A stretch of 64,000 bases of DNA. Origin: Yuukianura sp. NJ FZ-2021 (taxonomy: Eukaryota). The notes beneath the pieces are model-generated. The model was not told the DNA's origin. It saw only the letters and a list, made by a program, of their open reading frames with translations, and did no database searches. Shown here in pieces: positions 1 to 11,259 of this stretch (position 1 is the first letter of the stretch; each line of letters opens with the position of its first letter). The stretch is taken from positions 5,084,001 to 5,148,000 of the forward strand of contig CM102285.1 of NCBI GenBank assembly GCA_046563655.1. The letters run 5' to 3'. The translations under genes were made by a program, and so were the position numbers.

Positions 1-834
1 AAATTTAAGCATTACATGACGCGAGTATATCGTAGCGAGCACCATTCATTGGCTTCTCTATTGCGTGTATGGTTGGAAACAATCAAACAATCCGACCACT
101 CTAAACCCATTATATTCACATTTCTCGAGAATCTAAGAATCTTGCCGTGTAATGTCGGTTATGAAGAAAATGCTATACAATGTAAGAAGGAATTCGGAAT
201 CCAAACAACCATCACGAGTATTCCTAACGCCAAAAACTTCTACGAATATAAAGCGGAAGCGCTGTATGGAAGAAACGTGTCCAGAAAATTATATTATTTT
301 TTGGACAAAACAGTGTTTGCAGATGATTTAGTTGTTGGTTTCTATCCAATCACAGGCCCACTGCTTAAGGGAGAAACCAAGTTACTACCGAGTTTGCGGC
401 GGCTCGGAGAATCTGGTATAATGATGAGTCGCTATAGGGTTTTTACGTATTGGGTTCACAGAAAAGACGCTAGATTGGCTCTATCCTCTACCAACGAAGT
501 AATTGGGGGACCGCAAAAACTGAGCATGGGATCGCGTATATTGTTTGTCTTCATCCTACTGCCTTCTGGATGTCTGTTGGCACTTTGTTTTGCACTAGTC
601 GAGGCAGTTCTTCTCCCTAAGTACATTCAAATTAGAACTCTTGTAAACGCTAAGCTGATGCATATGAAGCATAAACGTCATCTCGGCCTACCTGTTGTTG
701 CACATCTTCTACTACGTACACCGTGGGTTGAGCTTCCCACGGTCAACGTTGACGCAGAATCATCGAATTCAGTCAAACACAGATCAGAACTTAACAAGGA
801 ACCTATTCCTCTGCTAACTATTCTATGTGTATGA
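1..834 (+). CDS. C-terminal part of a divergent ionotropic-receptor-like membrane protein, probably 5'-truncated by the window edge
   Basis: Uninterrupted ORF 16..834. LRRLGESGI...PQKLSM is followed by a hydrophobic helix ILFVFILLPSGCLLALCFALVE, the pattern of the S2/M4 end of arthropod divergent IRs. Confidence 0.5.
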   Translation, partial: KFKHYMTRVYRSEHHSLASLLRVWLETIKQSDHSKPIIFTFLENLRILPCNVGYEENAIQCKKEFGIQTTITSIPNAKNFYEYKAEALYGRNVSRKLYYFLDKTVFADDLVVGFYPITGPLLKGETKLLPSLRRLGESGIMMSRYRVFTYWVHRKDARLALSSTNEVIGGPQKLSMGSRILFVFILLPSGCLLALCFALVEAVLLPKYIQIRTLVNAKLMHMKHKRHLGLPVVAHLLLRTPWVELPTVNVDAESSNSVKHRSELNKEPIPLLTILCV

Positions 835-894
835 TATGATAACATATGATACGATATTATAACTTCTATGATAACTTATTCCTGTGTAAACGTA

Positions 895-1054
895 CAGTGG
901 GTCCAGCCAAAAGTGAACACTTATAGCTATATATAGTACAGGATGGGCCCAGACGACTTTATCCAAGTGAAGGAAAGAGAAACTCTCACATGAGTTGCAA
1001 ATGAGAAGAGTGAGAGGAAAAGAAAGAGGGTAAACTCTTCTGGGGCCCACACTG
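895..1054. mobile_element. Small Tc1/mariner-type MITE
   Basis: TA|CAGTG...CACTG|TA termini with imperfect inverted repeats. Confidence 0.4.
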
Positions 1055-1600
1055 TATAAGAAACTTATTTAAGTCTAGTGCAGGCTACTCATTAGTTTGA
1101 CCTTGTCTGTCTGGCTAGCCGGTCTAGTACGGCTGGAGTAGCTACAATGATGGTTAGGTTAGGCTAATGCGTCTGTGTAAGCATCACGAACGTAGCGAAA
1201 ACTACATTATTCAAAATAATTTCATTCTACCAAAGAAAAAATTTTGACAATTTTCATTGCAAAAAATTAGACACCATGCACATTGCGTAACATAACCTAC
1301 CCGTTTGTTGGCGACTTTTTTTGTTATAAATACGAGCCTGATCACTATTTCCGTTGTCTGACTTTACGGTAACACGTCTAAATTGATATAAAATAAGGTT
1401 AATGTATTACCCAAAATGTTTATTTAGCAATTAAAAATCAAAAGGAGGATATAATATTCGCTGTCTGCAAGTTTATTCAATTAAAACAAAAGTTCATCGA
1501 TTCATTGATCGATTAAATCAAATGTTAAATAAACTCAATGTACTTGTAACATTACTGATTCATTTTCTTTAGCATCAAATCTTGTTTAATTTCACTTTTG

Positions 1601-3290
1601 TTATGCTAACTTTGAGAGCTTTTTCGCCAATTTTTCGTGTAATCAACTAGCAGCTGAGGTTCCAAGTCTAACTTGTAGTACTTTGCATCCTGTGTCGTAT
1701 AGCGTTCCCAAGTTCGAACATTCGTTTCCAGGAGTTGGGTTCCTGTACACGTCGAATCAACAGAAATTTTTAAAACAAAAAATTAACTTTTTTTGAAAAG
1801 CTACAAGCTTTGGGAATTCAATGATCGCAAACATACGAAGTTTTGGCAAAGTCGATCCACATTTTGCACACCATGTTTGAAAACTGGCGGTCTTCTCCAC
1901 TAATTACAAACGGTAGGGTCCAAAAGTACATTAGGTCATCCCCGTGCGTTACGCCTGTGAGTTTTTATATACAAAAACATTAACTCTATTTCGATACATA
2001 TTTCTGCGGGCAATACTCAAGTGTTACCAAGGTAAATAGAATACTACTAGGTAGTGCGAATGGAAAGTTTGTTTGGTTGCCATGTGGAAAAAAAAATGAC
2101 GTCACCCGCTGAAAATACCGGAATTCTGTCAATTATGGGTGGTGTCCTATAGAAACCCGAAAGACACATCTTGTTTACATAAATGCCAGCGGGTTCCAAT
2201 TTGACGATTACTACGTATTTTTTCAGCGGGTGACGTCACAAACAAAAATTGCGTTGGTTGCTAAGGGCGCCATTTGCAGGGGGCTGAAGTGTTACAACGT
2301 TTCCTACCGTGTTTTACCGGCGGTGGTTCAAGGCCAAGCAAAATTGAGATGAGGTCAAAGGTGATGGTCCAAAGCGAATTCATGCCTTCATGTTCAAATG
2401 AGTATAAATAAATTTTATCAGAGAATTGGCTGAGGTAGTCTGCCGTAAGCAGAATTGGGGCTTTGAAAAATACGAGACTGAGAATATCCACGAGTTCACC
2501 AGTGATTTGAGTATAGTTGTCCTTGGAAGCACTCGGTGGAAAATAGTAGTGTGCCATTGATTGGGAAATTGGTGCACCAATCAGTTCATCCCCCACAGAA
2601 ATTGTGTTCAACAAGGTAGGAACCAATTCGTGTCGAACGTAGTTTGGATCTTCCAATTCTCCAGATTCTGCGTAGTACAAGGAGTACACAAGTCCCAGAG
2701 GTAGTGTTCCTTCATGCTGATTGGCTCCCAAAAGGACTGGAATATGCGGATAGTCGCCGTCTTTCAAAATATCGAGTGGATGTTTAGTGAAAAAGGCTCC
2801 CTCATGCTCAGGTTCTACAACAGGAGCCAACCCTCCAAAATTTACTTTCATATTTGACAAATCAACAAACTGGAAGATTCAAAATGAAACAAATTGAAAA
2901 TAATAAAATGCATTTTTTTGAAATTTTTAAAAGTTTTAACCAAATTCAAAAGAGATGCTTTTATCAAATCTTTCCACGGTTTTCCCGCCAAACAGTCATG
3001 CACCATCGGTTGAGTAGTGGTATGGTCAGTACATTCGACGGACAATGTAAACCGTTGAGCAGATTCCAGGGGATTGGGATCTCTAGCCCAGGGAGTTCCA
3101 CTTTGAGCAATTACTTTAAGGAATAATCCTAAACAACAACATCAAAATTTCAAAAACCTCAGCTTTTTTTTAAAAATGTTTTTCGTTTTTTTTTGAAAAA
3201 GCGTGTACCTTTGGTTGACGGCGACAGAAGGTGGGCCAGCACTGCTGAAGCTCCAGCCCATTCTCCAAATAGTGTCACTTGGTCCTTGTT
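1601..3290 (-). pseudogene. Carboxylesterase (type-B, alpha/beta hydrolase), C-terminal half, probably decayed
   Basis: Spliced exons give VTLFGEWAGASAVLAHLLSP, VIAQSG, PVLLGANQHEG, YLYSFEH, GVTHGDDL and NPTP. The nucleophile motif GESAG reads GEWAG. The last exon has a 1-nt frameshift and no N-terminal half is visible upstream. Confidence 0.85.
2028..2286. mobile_element. Non-autonomous element with 9-bp TSD and subterminal inverted repeats (copy 1)
   Basis: Perfect flanking AAGTGTTAC at 2019-2027 and 2287-2295. Internal inverted repeat TGACGTCACCCGCTGAAAA. A second, inverted copy lies at 60617-60882. Confidence 0.8.
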
Positions 3291-3867
3291 TGAGGCTGTC
3301 AGGAGACGTCGGGTCAAATTTTTTGGACTTAGAAAATTTTTCATCTGCGCACCGTTTGGTAGTATCCAACCATTTTCTGCCCTGTCATTCTTTGTCTCTC
3401 AAATCATGTGAGCACACATGGTCTCAGAACCTTGAATTCGTTATATTAGCTCCACCCCGAGCATGTTTTATGTATTGATAAATAATAAATAATATATAAT
3501 AAACCGCATTTAGATTCCCATTCTTTGCGTGTTTTTAATTTGATTTTAGGAATAAGCAAACTGCGCAGAAATCTAATCTCTACACTTCGGATAATACTTA
3601 GACAATTAGACAAATTGATCTTACTAAAACAGATTTACTGGTGGAATGGTGTCCCGTGTTCACGCCACCAGCAAACAAATTGACATTTGGCTTTTACCGC
3701 CATTTTCCGCTAAAATTTGAAATCCAAAACAAAATATGGTATGACGTTGAAGCGTTTTACTGGGACTGCAAGTTCCAGTTCAGGTCTGTCGTATAACTTC
3801 ACAATATCTTTGACGCCGTAGGACTCAAAGTCGAAATTGTACGGCGCCCTGACAAAAATTGGCTTGT

Positions 3868-3905
3868 ATCATCATCATCATCATCACCATCATCACCATC
3901 ATCAC

Positions 3906-3948
<43 letters not shown>

Positions 3949-4001
3949 GTCATCATCATCATCATCACCATCATCACCATCATCATCATCACCATCATCA
4001 C

Positions 4002-4039
<38 letters not shown>
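3868..4039. repeat. (ATC)n microsatellite with ACC variants
   Basis: About 170 bp of ATC/ACC triplets, seen directly. Confidence 0.98.
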
Positions 4040-4102
4040 GTAATTACATTCAACTTCAAAGATCAACTGACCTTCAAAACTCTGCGTCTGACTCCCGAAG
4101 TA

Positions 4103-5604
4103 CAGTGATAGTTTTATGTTCTGGCCATGCAAATGAGCTTAATCTAAGCCACTCCTCCATGTCTCGGAAAAACTCCCCATCGATGTTGTTTCCCGCCGAA
4201 AGTTTGTTTCGGTTAAGAAGTTAGCGCGGCAAATAAAAGTCAACCGACGCTTTTTCTTTGCTTCTTGGCTATCAGTTTTGCTCTGCTGTTTTCTAGTAAA
4301 AGTTCACTAGTTAAACACTAAATATTATTGAATTAAGTTGCCGTACGACAATTAAAAAGTGATCTGCACGTGAATTGAGCGAGAATAACTTCAATTAAGG
4401 TGAGTGAGCCACTTCTATTGTTTTCTAATTCAGTTATTGGTACTACTGCATTGTGAGAGGGGATTTATGTCGCAAAACGAAAAAAGTTATTTGCTAATGG
4501 CTACTATTATATTTTGTTTTGGCAGTTAAGGTATGCCTGTCCATTACTCGGAAGAGCAGCGCCTTTGCATAATTAATCTTCGGTTGGAGTACAAAGATGA
4601 AACCAGTACCGAGCTCATGCACAAATACAATCAAAATCCTATCTCGCAAAATCGACCTATGGAGCATCCAAAAGATGTGAACCGAATTCTTAAACGATTC
4701 TCTGAACTGGGTAACACTAAAAACCGTCGAAAATCTGGAAGACCAAAAACAGCGACAGACGAAAACTCGGCAATAGGGATTCTTGGGGCTTTTGCGGCTG
4801 ATCCTCATATTTCAACCAACCAAGTTGCTCGTGATATGGGTGTTTCGCAAACGTCTGTTATGAAGGTGAAAAATCAGTACAACTGGAAGTCCTACAAACC
4901 TAGAGTCCATCAACTCCTAAAATTTACGGACTATCCTGACAGAGCCTGGTTTGCAAGAATTTGGCTTCCAATGCTAAACGGAATACCTGACTATGCGAAA
5001 AACATCGTCTTTAACATTTAAAATAATGTGCTTGCTACCCCTCCATATTCTGCATATTTTTTTCCATTTCCATGTGTTTCTTGGTCAAATGTCAATGTAA
5101 AGCCGATTACTGTTGTTTACAATTTGTTATTTTAAGGCAATAAATTCACCTTTACACTATCCGTAAAGCTTAATTAATAATTAATATTTCAAAACTAATG
5201 TTTTAATACAACTTCTGGTAGGCGCAACACTCCACTGAATCTAACTTTCCGACAGAATGAACGAGTATTTGGGTTGGGGTAAGGTGTAGTGGCCGTCACT
5301 GTATCCGCAGAGTGTAAGCATCCGTGATTTTTAGTGGCTACAACGGCTGGTGGCTACTCGGTGGCTACTCTACGTCAACTTACGTAGCCGCTTTATGTTT
5401 GGCAAAAGGGGTAAAATTTCAGTTGCCACAGCCCTTATTGTAGTGACTAAAACAGCGGGATGCCTACACTGTGCGGTTCCAATGACGGTCGTTGATCCTT
5501 ACGGTGACCAGTATTTCCGAACCGAGAGGGGGTTTTGTTCCGAGAAATGGAGGAGTGGCTGAGATTAAGCTCATTTGCATGGCCAGAACATAAAACTATC
5601 ACTG
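4103..5604 (+). mobile_element. Tc1/mariner DNA transposon, internally deleted
   Basis: About 70-bp TIRs CAGTGATAGTTTTATGTTCTGGCCATGCAAATGAGCTTAATCT at both ends, with TA TSDs at 4101-4102 and 5605-5606. Confidence 0.9.
4533..5021 (+). pseudogene. Truncated Tc1/mariner transposase (HTH DNA-binding region only)
   Basis: KRFSELG...KSGRPKTA...DPHISTNQVARDMGVSQTSV...SYK...DR...F...NIVF, then a stop where the first catalytic Asp (FSDE) is expected. Confidence 0.85.
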
Positions 5605-5989
5605 TAGTTTCTATATTCCATATACTTTCTACTACTTACGGACTCCCGCACTATTTTTTCTCTTCATATTTAAAATCCAGACCCGGCGTGGAAAAAATTT
5701 GAAACATTAGTAAAGTGAACAGTTATTTCTGAGACTGCTGAAAATTAGCGTTACCTTAGGCAGGGTATACTTGCTGGGATACGAATAATTCTCCGTAATG
5801 CTAGGTAATGTAAGTTTTAAGAATACACCCCGAGGAATATGAGGGGAGATCGACTGCTTTTCAACACGATTTGCTGCAAACTTTTTTTTTTAAAAACATA
5901 AGCAAAAATAACTTGCAGAAAATCGAGGTGTCAAAAATTGTTTGTTGAAAATGTTAACATTTAACATTTTCTGCATGCTTTTTCCTTGT

Positions 5990-6170
5990 AGAAAATCGAG
6001 ACGTCGAAAAAAGCTTGCGCAGAATCGAGACGTTCAAAAAAACTTGCGGAGAATCGAGACGTTCAAAAAAACGTGCGGAGAATGGAGGTGTCCAAAAAAC
6101 TTGTGTAGAATCGAGATGTTCAAAAAAGTTGTTGAAAATCGAGACGTGCAAAAGCATGCAGCAAATCGTG
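5990..6170. repeat. Degenerate tandem repeat of about 30 bp
   Basis: Units resembling AAAAACTTGCGGAGAATCGAGACGTTCA, about six copies. Confidence 0.8.
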
Positions 6171-7499
6171 ATGTAATTTGAGATGCCACATGCGCAGTCC
6201 GCTCTTACTAAAACACAAAGAGTCGTGCGCCACCCAGTTTTGGCCTGTCGGCTAAATAATTTGAAATCAAAATAATCAATTAAACTCCATGTTGGGATTA
6301 CCAGTTTTGTTAATTATTCTTTAATTATATCTTATAATATATTATTATATAAATATCTAACTGAAACCAAAACTAGAACACTTATATAATACTAACAAAA
6401 TATTATAGCGATAATAACTGTTATACTTCATTTATATAATTAGGCTTATTTATATAATAATATATTAAAATATGATATAATATATTATAAATCTAATAAT
6501 AATAAGATTTTGGGATGACCAGTTTTATTTTTTGAAATATTTCTAAGTTATAGTTATAATATGAAGTCTGTTCGCACAACCCTTTCAATATTTAACTGAG
6601 CATTAACAACTGCTATTATTAATATTATATATTATATTATTATTATTATTATTATTATCAATATACTATTTTTGAGATGAGTTTTTAGTGCTAATTTCCT
6701 ACTCCTATTAAGTGATAGTTTTTTAATAAAATGATTTAAAAGAAGAGTCTCACATTTTTCATCCACTGTTTATACACAGTGGACAGCTTAAAATCTTTGT
6801 AAGACAAAGACAATAATAATTAATTGTTAATATATTTAATAACGAATGAAACGGGGACAAAGTTTCATTACAATTGCCATAGAATTGTACCATTTTCAGC
6901 TACTATTTTGAAAGCGGGAAAAGGTTGTGAAATTACCTAATAACAAAATGAAAGTTTAAAAATGCATTCTCGCCCAAAAACTCTGGAAGGAACTATGGAT
7001 AGGAAAGAAGAAGATTCACACACAAGCTTCCATTCAAATTTCCATGATTGGAAAAAGTGACTAATCCACAGAATTGTGATGCTTGTTCACAATGCCTAAC
7101 ATTAACATTATTTAGTTTAGCTTGTTGTGTTATAGCCAGGGGCATTCTATGAACATTATTTTTTTAGACTCACAGAATGCAAAATCGGGTTCATGGGCAT
7201 GGGACCGGACCGCAACAGAATTGCAAACTCTTGGTGGTAGTTACTAAAAAAGACTAACCTGTTAGTAGGCTAACCAGTATGCACAATCGTATTAAAGCGC
7301 AACTTTCGCCGCGCAAGTTGTGGAGGCAGAGAAATTATCTCCTTTAATCAGGGAATTCACCACGATCAGAGGATTAGTGGTTAAGGAGTTGAGGCTCGTT
7401 TGACAGTTTTTGTTTTCGTGCTGCAGAAGTTAGTCTCAAATTGCGACTCAAAGTCAGTGTGACCTCCTTCTTATAGCTTTGAACTTCTTCAAGATTAAG

Positions 7500-10400
7500 A
7501 TGAGCGCTGCAACTGAGTCTCGCTCAACATCAATGTCCGCACTACAAGGATCAGGGGCAGTGTTAACTGCCACTCAATTAAGCGAGTAAGCCGGTTCCGT
7601 TCAATTGGTTGAGTACTAGTTTTTCTGGTCGACCACGTATTCATTGTTAGGGCTGGACGTCTGTCTGGAGTAATACAGATAGTGAACTATAACCAATATC
7701 CACTCCCGTATACGCTATAAGGGACCGATCCGAGAATCTCCGGCGGAGATGATACCTTAACCAAACCTAGTCCAAAAACATTAACATTTTCTAGAAATCC
7801 ACCGGTTACTCCACTACACTGGAGGAGGAGACTGGAATTGTACACATTCAAACTTTTTTAAGTCCAGCTCCCGTATTAGTCTAGTCACTGTCTAGTGAGT
7901 AGTGACTAATACGGAACCTTTAGACTAGACTCTTCTAAAGGTTCCGTGCAAGGGTGAATGACATAACTTCTGTCCTGGTAACCCAAAAATGACCTTATCA
8001 AAAGTTGTTCAATTCACTGAGTCCTTAGATTGTAGTTTCTGTCCGATGACGTACGACCGTTTGACCACACCCTATAGCTTAGGTTTTCAAAACTCGGGAT
8101 GAGGTTAAACATAAACTTCAACTTGAGTAAAAAAAAGCTCAGTATTCCAATTCCAAAATCTTTACGCCGAAGGAGTGTGATTCAGATTATAAGCAATTCA
8201 TTTTTCTTTTTTCTTTAGGAAGATTGAACAGATACGTGCAAAATTTTCGGACCCCTCTTTCAAACTTACGAAGGAAATAGTTCTCGTGGCAAGCAGTGAT
8301 TTACAAGTAAGATATTCCGCCATAGGTATTCCGTTAATAGTATTTCGTTTTCGACTAAGGATTAATACGTTTCTATCTTTCAGGCATTGTACAAGACGTT
8401 GCTTTTGAGCGACCTTGAGGTTGCAATTCAACGACAGTTGGATAACTTTATGTGGACTGATTGTTTCAAAACGCCTCTCACGTTTTTCATGAAAACAGAT
8501 CGTACACTGTTTCATTGGATGATTGAGTCTGGAGTTGGCTTCTATTTAGGCTTTATTCAAGACATTGGAATACACTTTGACGTTCAATTCATAAAGTAAG
8601 CAAAGTCAATGTTAAAGCCTCAAACATGGCCTTGGCCTTACTCAAACTCAAGGGAACCAGAATCTAATTCTCAGCTTTGAATTCACTAGAAACTCGGTGC
8701 GTAGCCTTTACTGCACTACGCCGAAACTAAAGCAGACATCTCTGAAACAGCCATCGAAATCCGCAGTTTATTTCATTATTCAAAATTCAATGGTTCACAT
8801 CGGTGATCTGCTTCGCTACCGCGGCAGCTTTGTCGAAGCTCTTCGAATGTAAGATTCGTTTTTCACGAAACTCTTCCTTAACCTACAGCTTACTAAAAAA
8901 TCAATCGGTTTATTTTTAATATTGAAATTAGTTTTTCATGAATTCAGGTATGAGAAATCAACGAGTGTCTGCCCTTCAAATGGCCACCCTTATAATCAGA
9001 TGGGCCTAGTTCAATTGCACATTGACAGTAAATCAATTGACAGCTTGCTTTCCGGGATCTACTACTACATACGTGCAGTTAGTGTTTCAAACCCATTTGT
9101 TCCCGCACATGAGAACTTAGTCAGTTTACTGAGCAAAGTGAAAGGGTAAGACTTTAATATGAGAAGTGGTTACATAATATGGCAACGTACGATGAAAACC
9201 TTTTTTTTTGCAGCGTGGTTCCTAGAAACCATGAAGAGGAATTTGTGCATGCGTTCTTACTTCGGATTGCGGAATTGGATGAGGTTTCCCTTCCTATGTC
9301 TTCTATTTTAAGTTCTCAGATGGCCGCAATCGTCATCAAAAAGTCCCTTACATTCCACCACGTTTTTCGGATTCTTGTGATTTCTTTCTGGGCTTGGAAT
9401 AGAGAAGCTGATAAGCGAGGCGGAAGAATCGAAACCGGAAAAAAAGAGAACAACGCACTAGAAGTTATAGTGGCACTACTCAACGGTCTCGTGTCTGGAT
9501 TGATTGAGTATCACAATGACATATCCAGTGCTAGGTATCTTCCACATCGTAAGTTTCTATCAAAATACCACACGCCCACACGCCTAATTTCATTTAGTTT
9601 TCATTCTTAAGTTTTTTTTCTTAGTAAAAATTTGCATTGACTGGCTGCGCCTTCATCCAAATGCTGCGAAGTCTGGCGTTTTTACGGACAACTTTAATGT
9701 TCCTAACTTGTGTCGTCTTGCGAATCGACTCGTGCCAACGGAAAACAGTTACACTGAAGTTGCGAAAGATCTTGCTCACGTGATTTTACCCGAGGAGAAG
9801 AAACTCCTTGGATTTCTGCCCCTATCAAAAGCTTACGAACATTTACAGTGAGCGGGAACGTTATTTTATTACATACTGAATTTTCATTTTCGCAGCAAAA
9901 TCATGAGTCAATTTACTTATTCCTCTCCATTTTCAGATCTCCGTTTGATGAGCTGGATCCAAGACTTTATTCGCTTCGAACCGGACGCTTACTCCAGGGA
10001 TTGGATGTTCTGCCTGAGATTAAACCTCAGTTCATTGAACGCAACATTCTCACCAAGGAATACAAACCAATAGCAAAGGTCGCCAATTTAACTCCAACTG
10101 TTCGTGCTACAATGCCTGCGCCTAGCCGACGAAACGTCGCTCTCCAGAGTATCTTCAATCAGATCGTTTCGCCACCGACTTCAGGAAGTCTCCCAGAAGC
10201 TGTTCCAGAACACGTTTTTACTAATGTCCAAGCTCCAGCAAAGGACGGAGGCAGCAAGGGTACGATTGGAGACGGACGAGGACGACGCAACCAGTCGCCA
10301 CCTTCATACTACTTCCAAGGGAACAGCAATCCATCAACTCCTAACTCTGAACTATTCTCGGGTGCCTTGGAAGGCAACACTCCCCGCGCTCCACTTGCAG

Positions 10401-10501
10401 ATGGAGAGGACGTGCCACAAATATCCAATGGAGAATTTAGTTCCATATTTACGTCTATCTGGACTCCATTCAAAGAAATGAATGAAGGAGGTTGGAAGTG
10501 A
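7500..10501 (+). CDS. SMG7: SMG7-like nonsense-mediated decay factor (EST1/14-3-3-like domain), multi-exon
   Basis: Exons encode LYKTLLLSDLEVA..W..CFK, GVGFY, MVHIGDLLRYR, PSNGHPYNQMG, IYYYIRAVSVSNPF and ILPEEKKLLGFLPL, followed by a low-complexity Pro/Ser tail ending SIW. The start codon is tentative. Confidence 0.85.
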
Positions 10502-11259
10502 TGAAGGATTGGAATGCAACTAGGATGACGGTTTCTTGGATTACGATTGGCACAACATTGTTGGAGTGGGATTCTTAGCGTCATTTTTGGACTGATGAAA
10601 TACTGCGTGAAAATAATTATTATAGTTCGTTTTCCTGGGCGCTGGCGACCCGCTTATTAATCGTGTTAGTTTAGTTTTTCCTTACTCTCGTTTGCTTCGA
10701 GTTTACTACTTATGAGCAGAGCTCATTTCAAAACATATTTTGTATTAATTTTTTCTCAGCGTTTGCTTTTCTCTTTCACGAGTGTTTCAGTTAATTTCAT
10801 AAGTATTTTCAGTTTTTTCTTAATTTATTTTCTGTCAGTATAATTTTTATCTGCTACTTATTTACTTTTCTTCTTCCCGTAGCAAATCGTATTTTGATCC
10901 TATTTTGGAGGCTGGATATTTCATAGTAACTTAATTGAACCGTATTAGATTTAAGAACCGAAAGGTGCAGTAAAGCCATACACAGTTTGACGCAAATATG
11001 CTGACGAAAGCTGACTTCAGTTTTTATTAATACGAACCACTAAATAGCGACGGCAAATTATCATGAATCGAAGGAAAAACTATAAATAGTCGTTTGTCCG
11101 TTACTGCACAATATGTTCAACTTGTATAAACGCTTCGACTTTATGTGACAAGCCAGGTTTTCTGGTCACAAAATTGATAATCAGTTTCTATTGGTATAAC
11201 ACTTATGCTTGGAGTAGCCCATTGTTTGTAGCAAGAACAAGCTGGTGTTTAGCTCATAG

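Noticed and set aside
3799..4224. Poly-Asp, poly-His, poly-Met and poly-Ile ORFs
   Set aside because: All are readings of the (ATC)n microsatellite.
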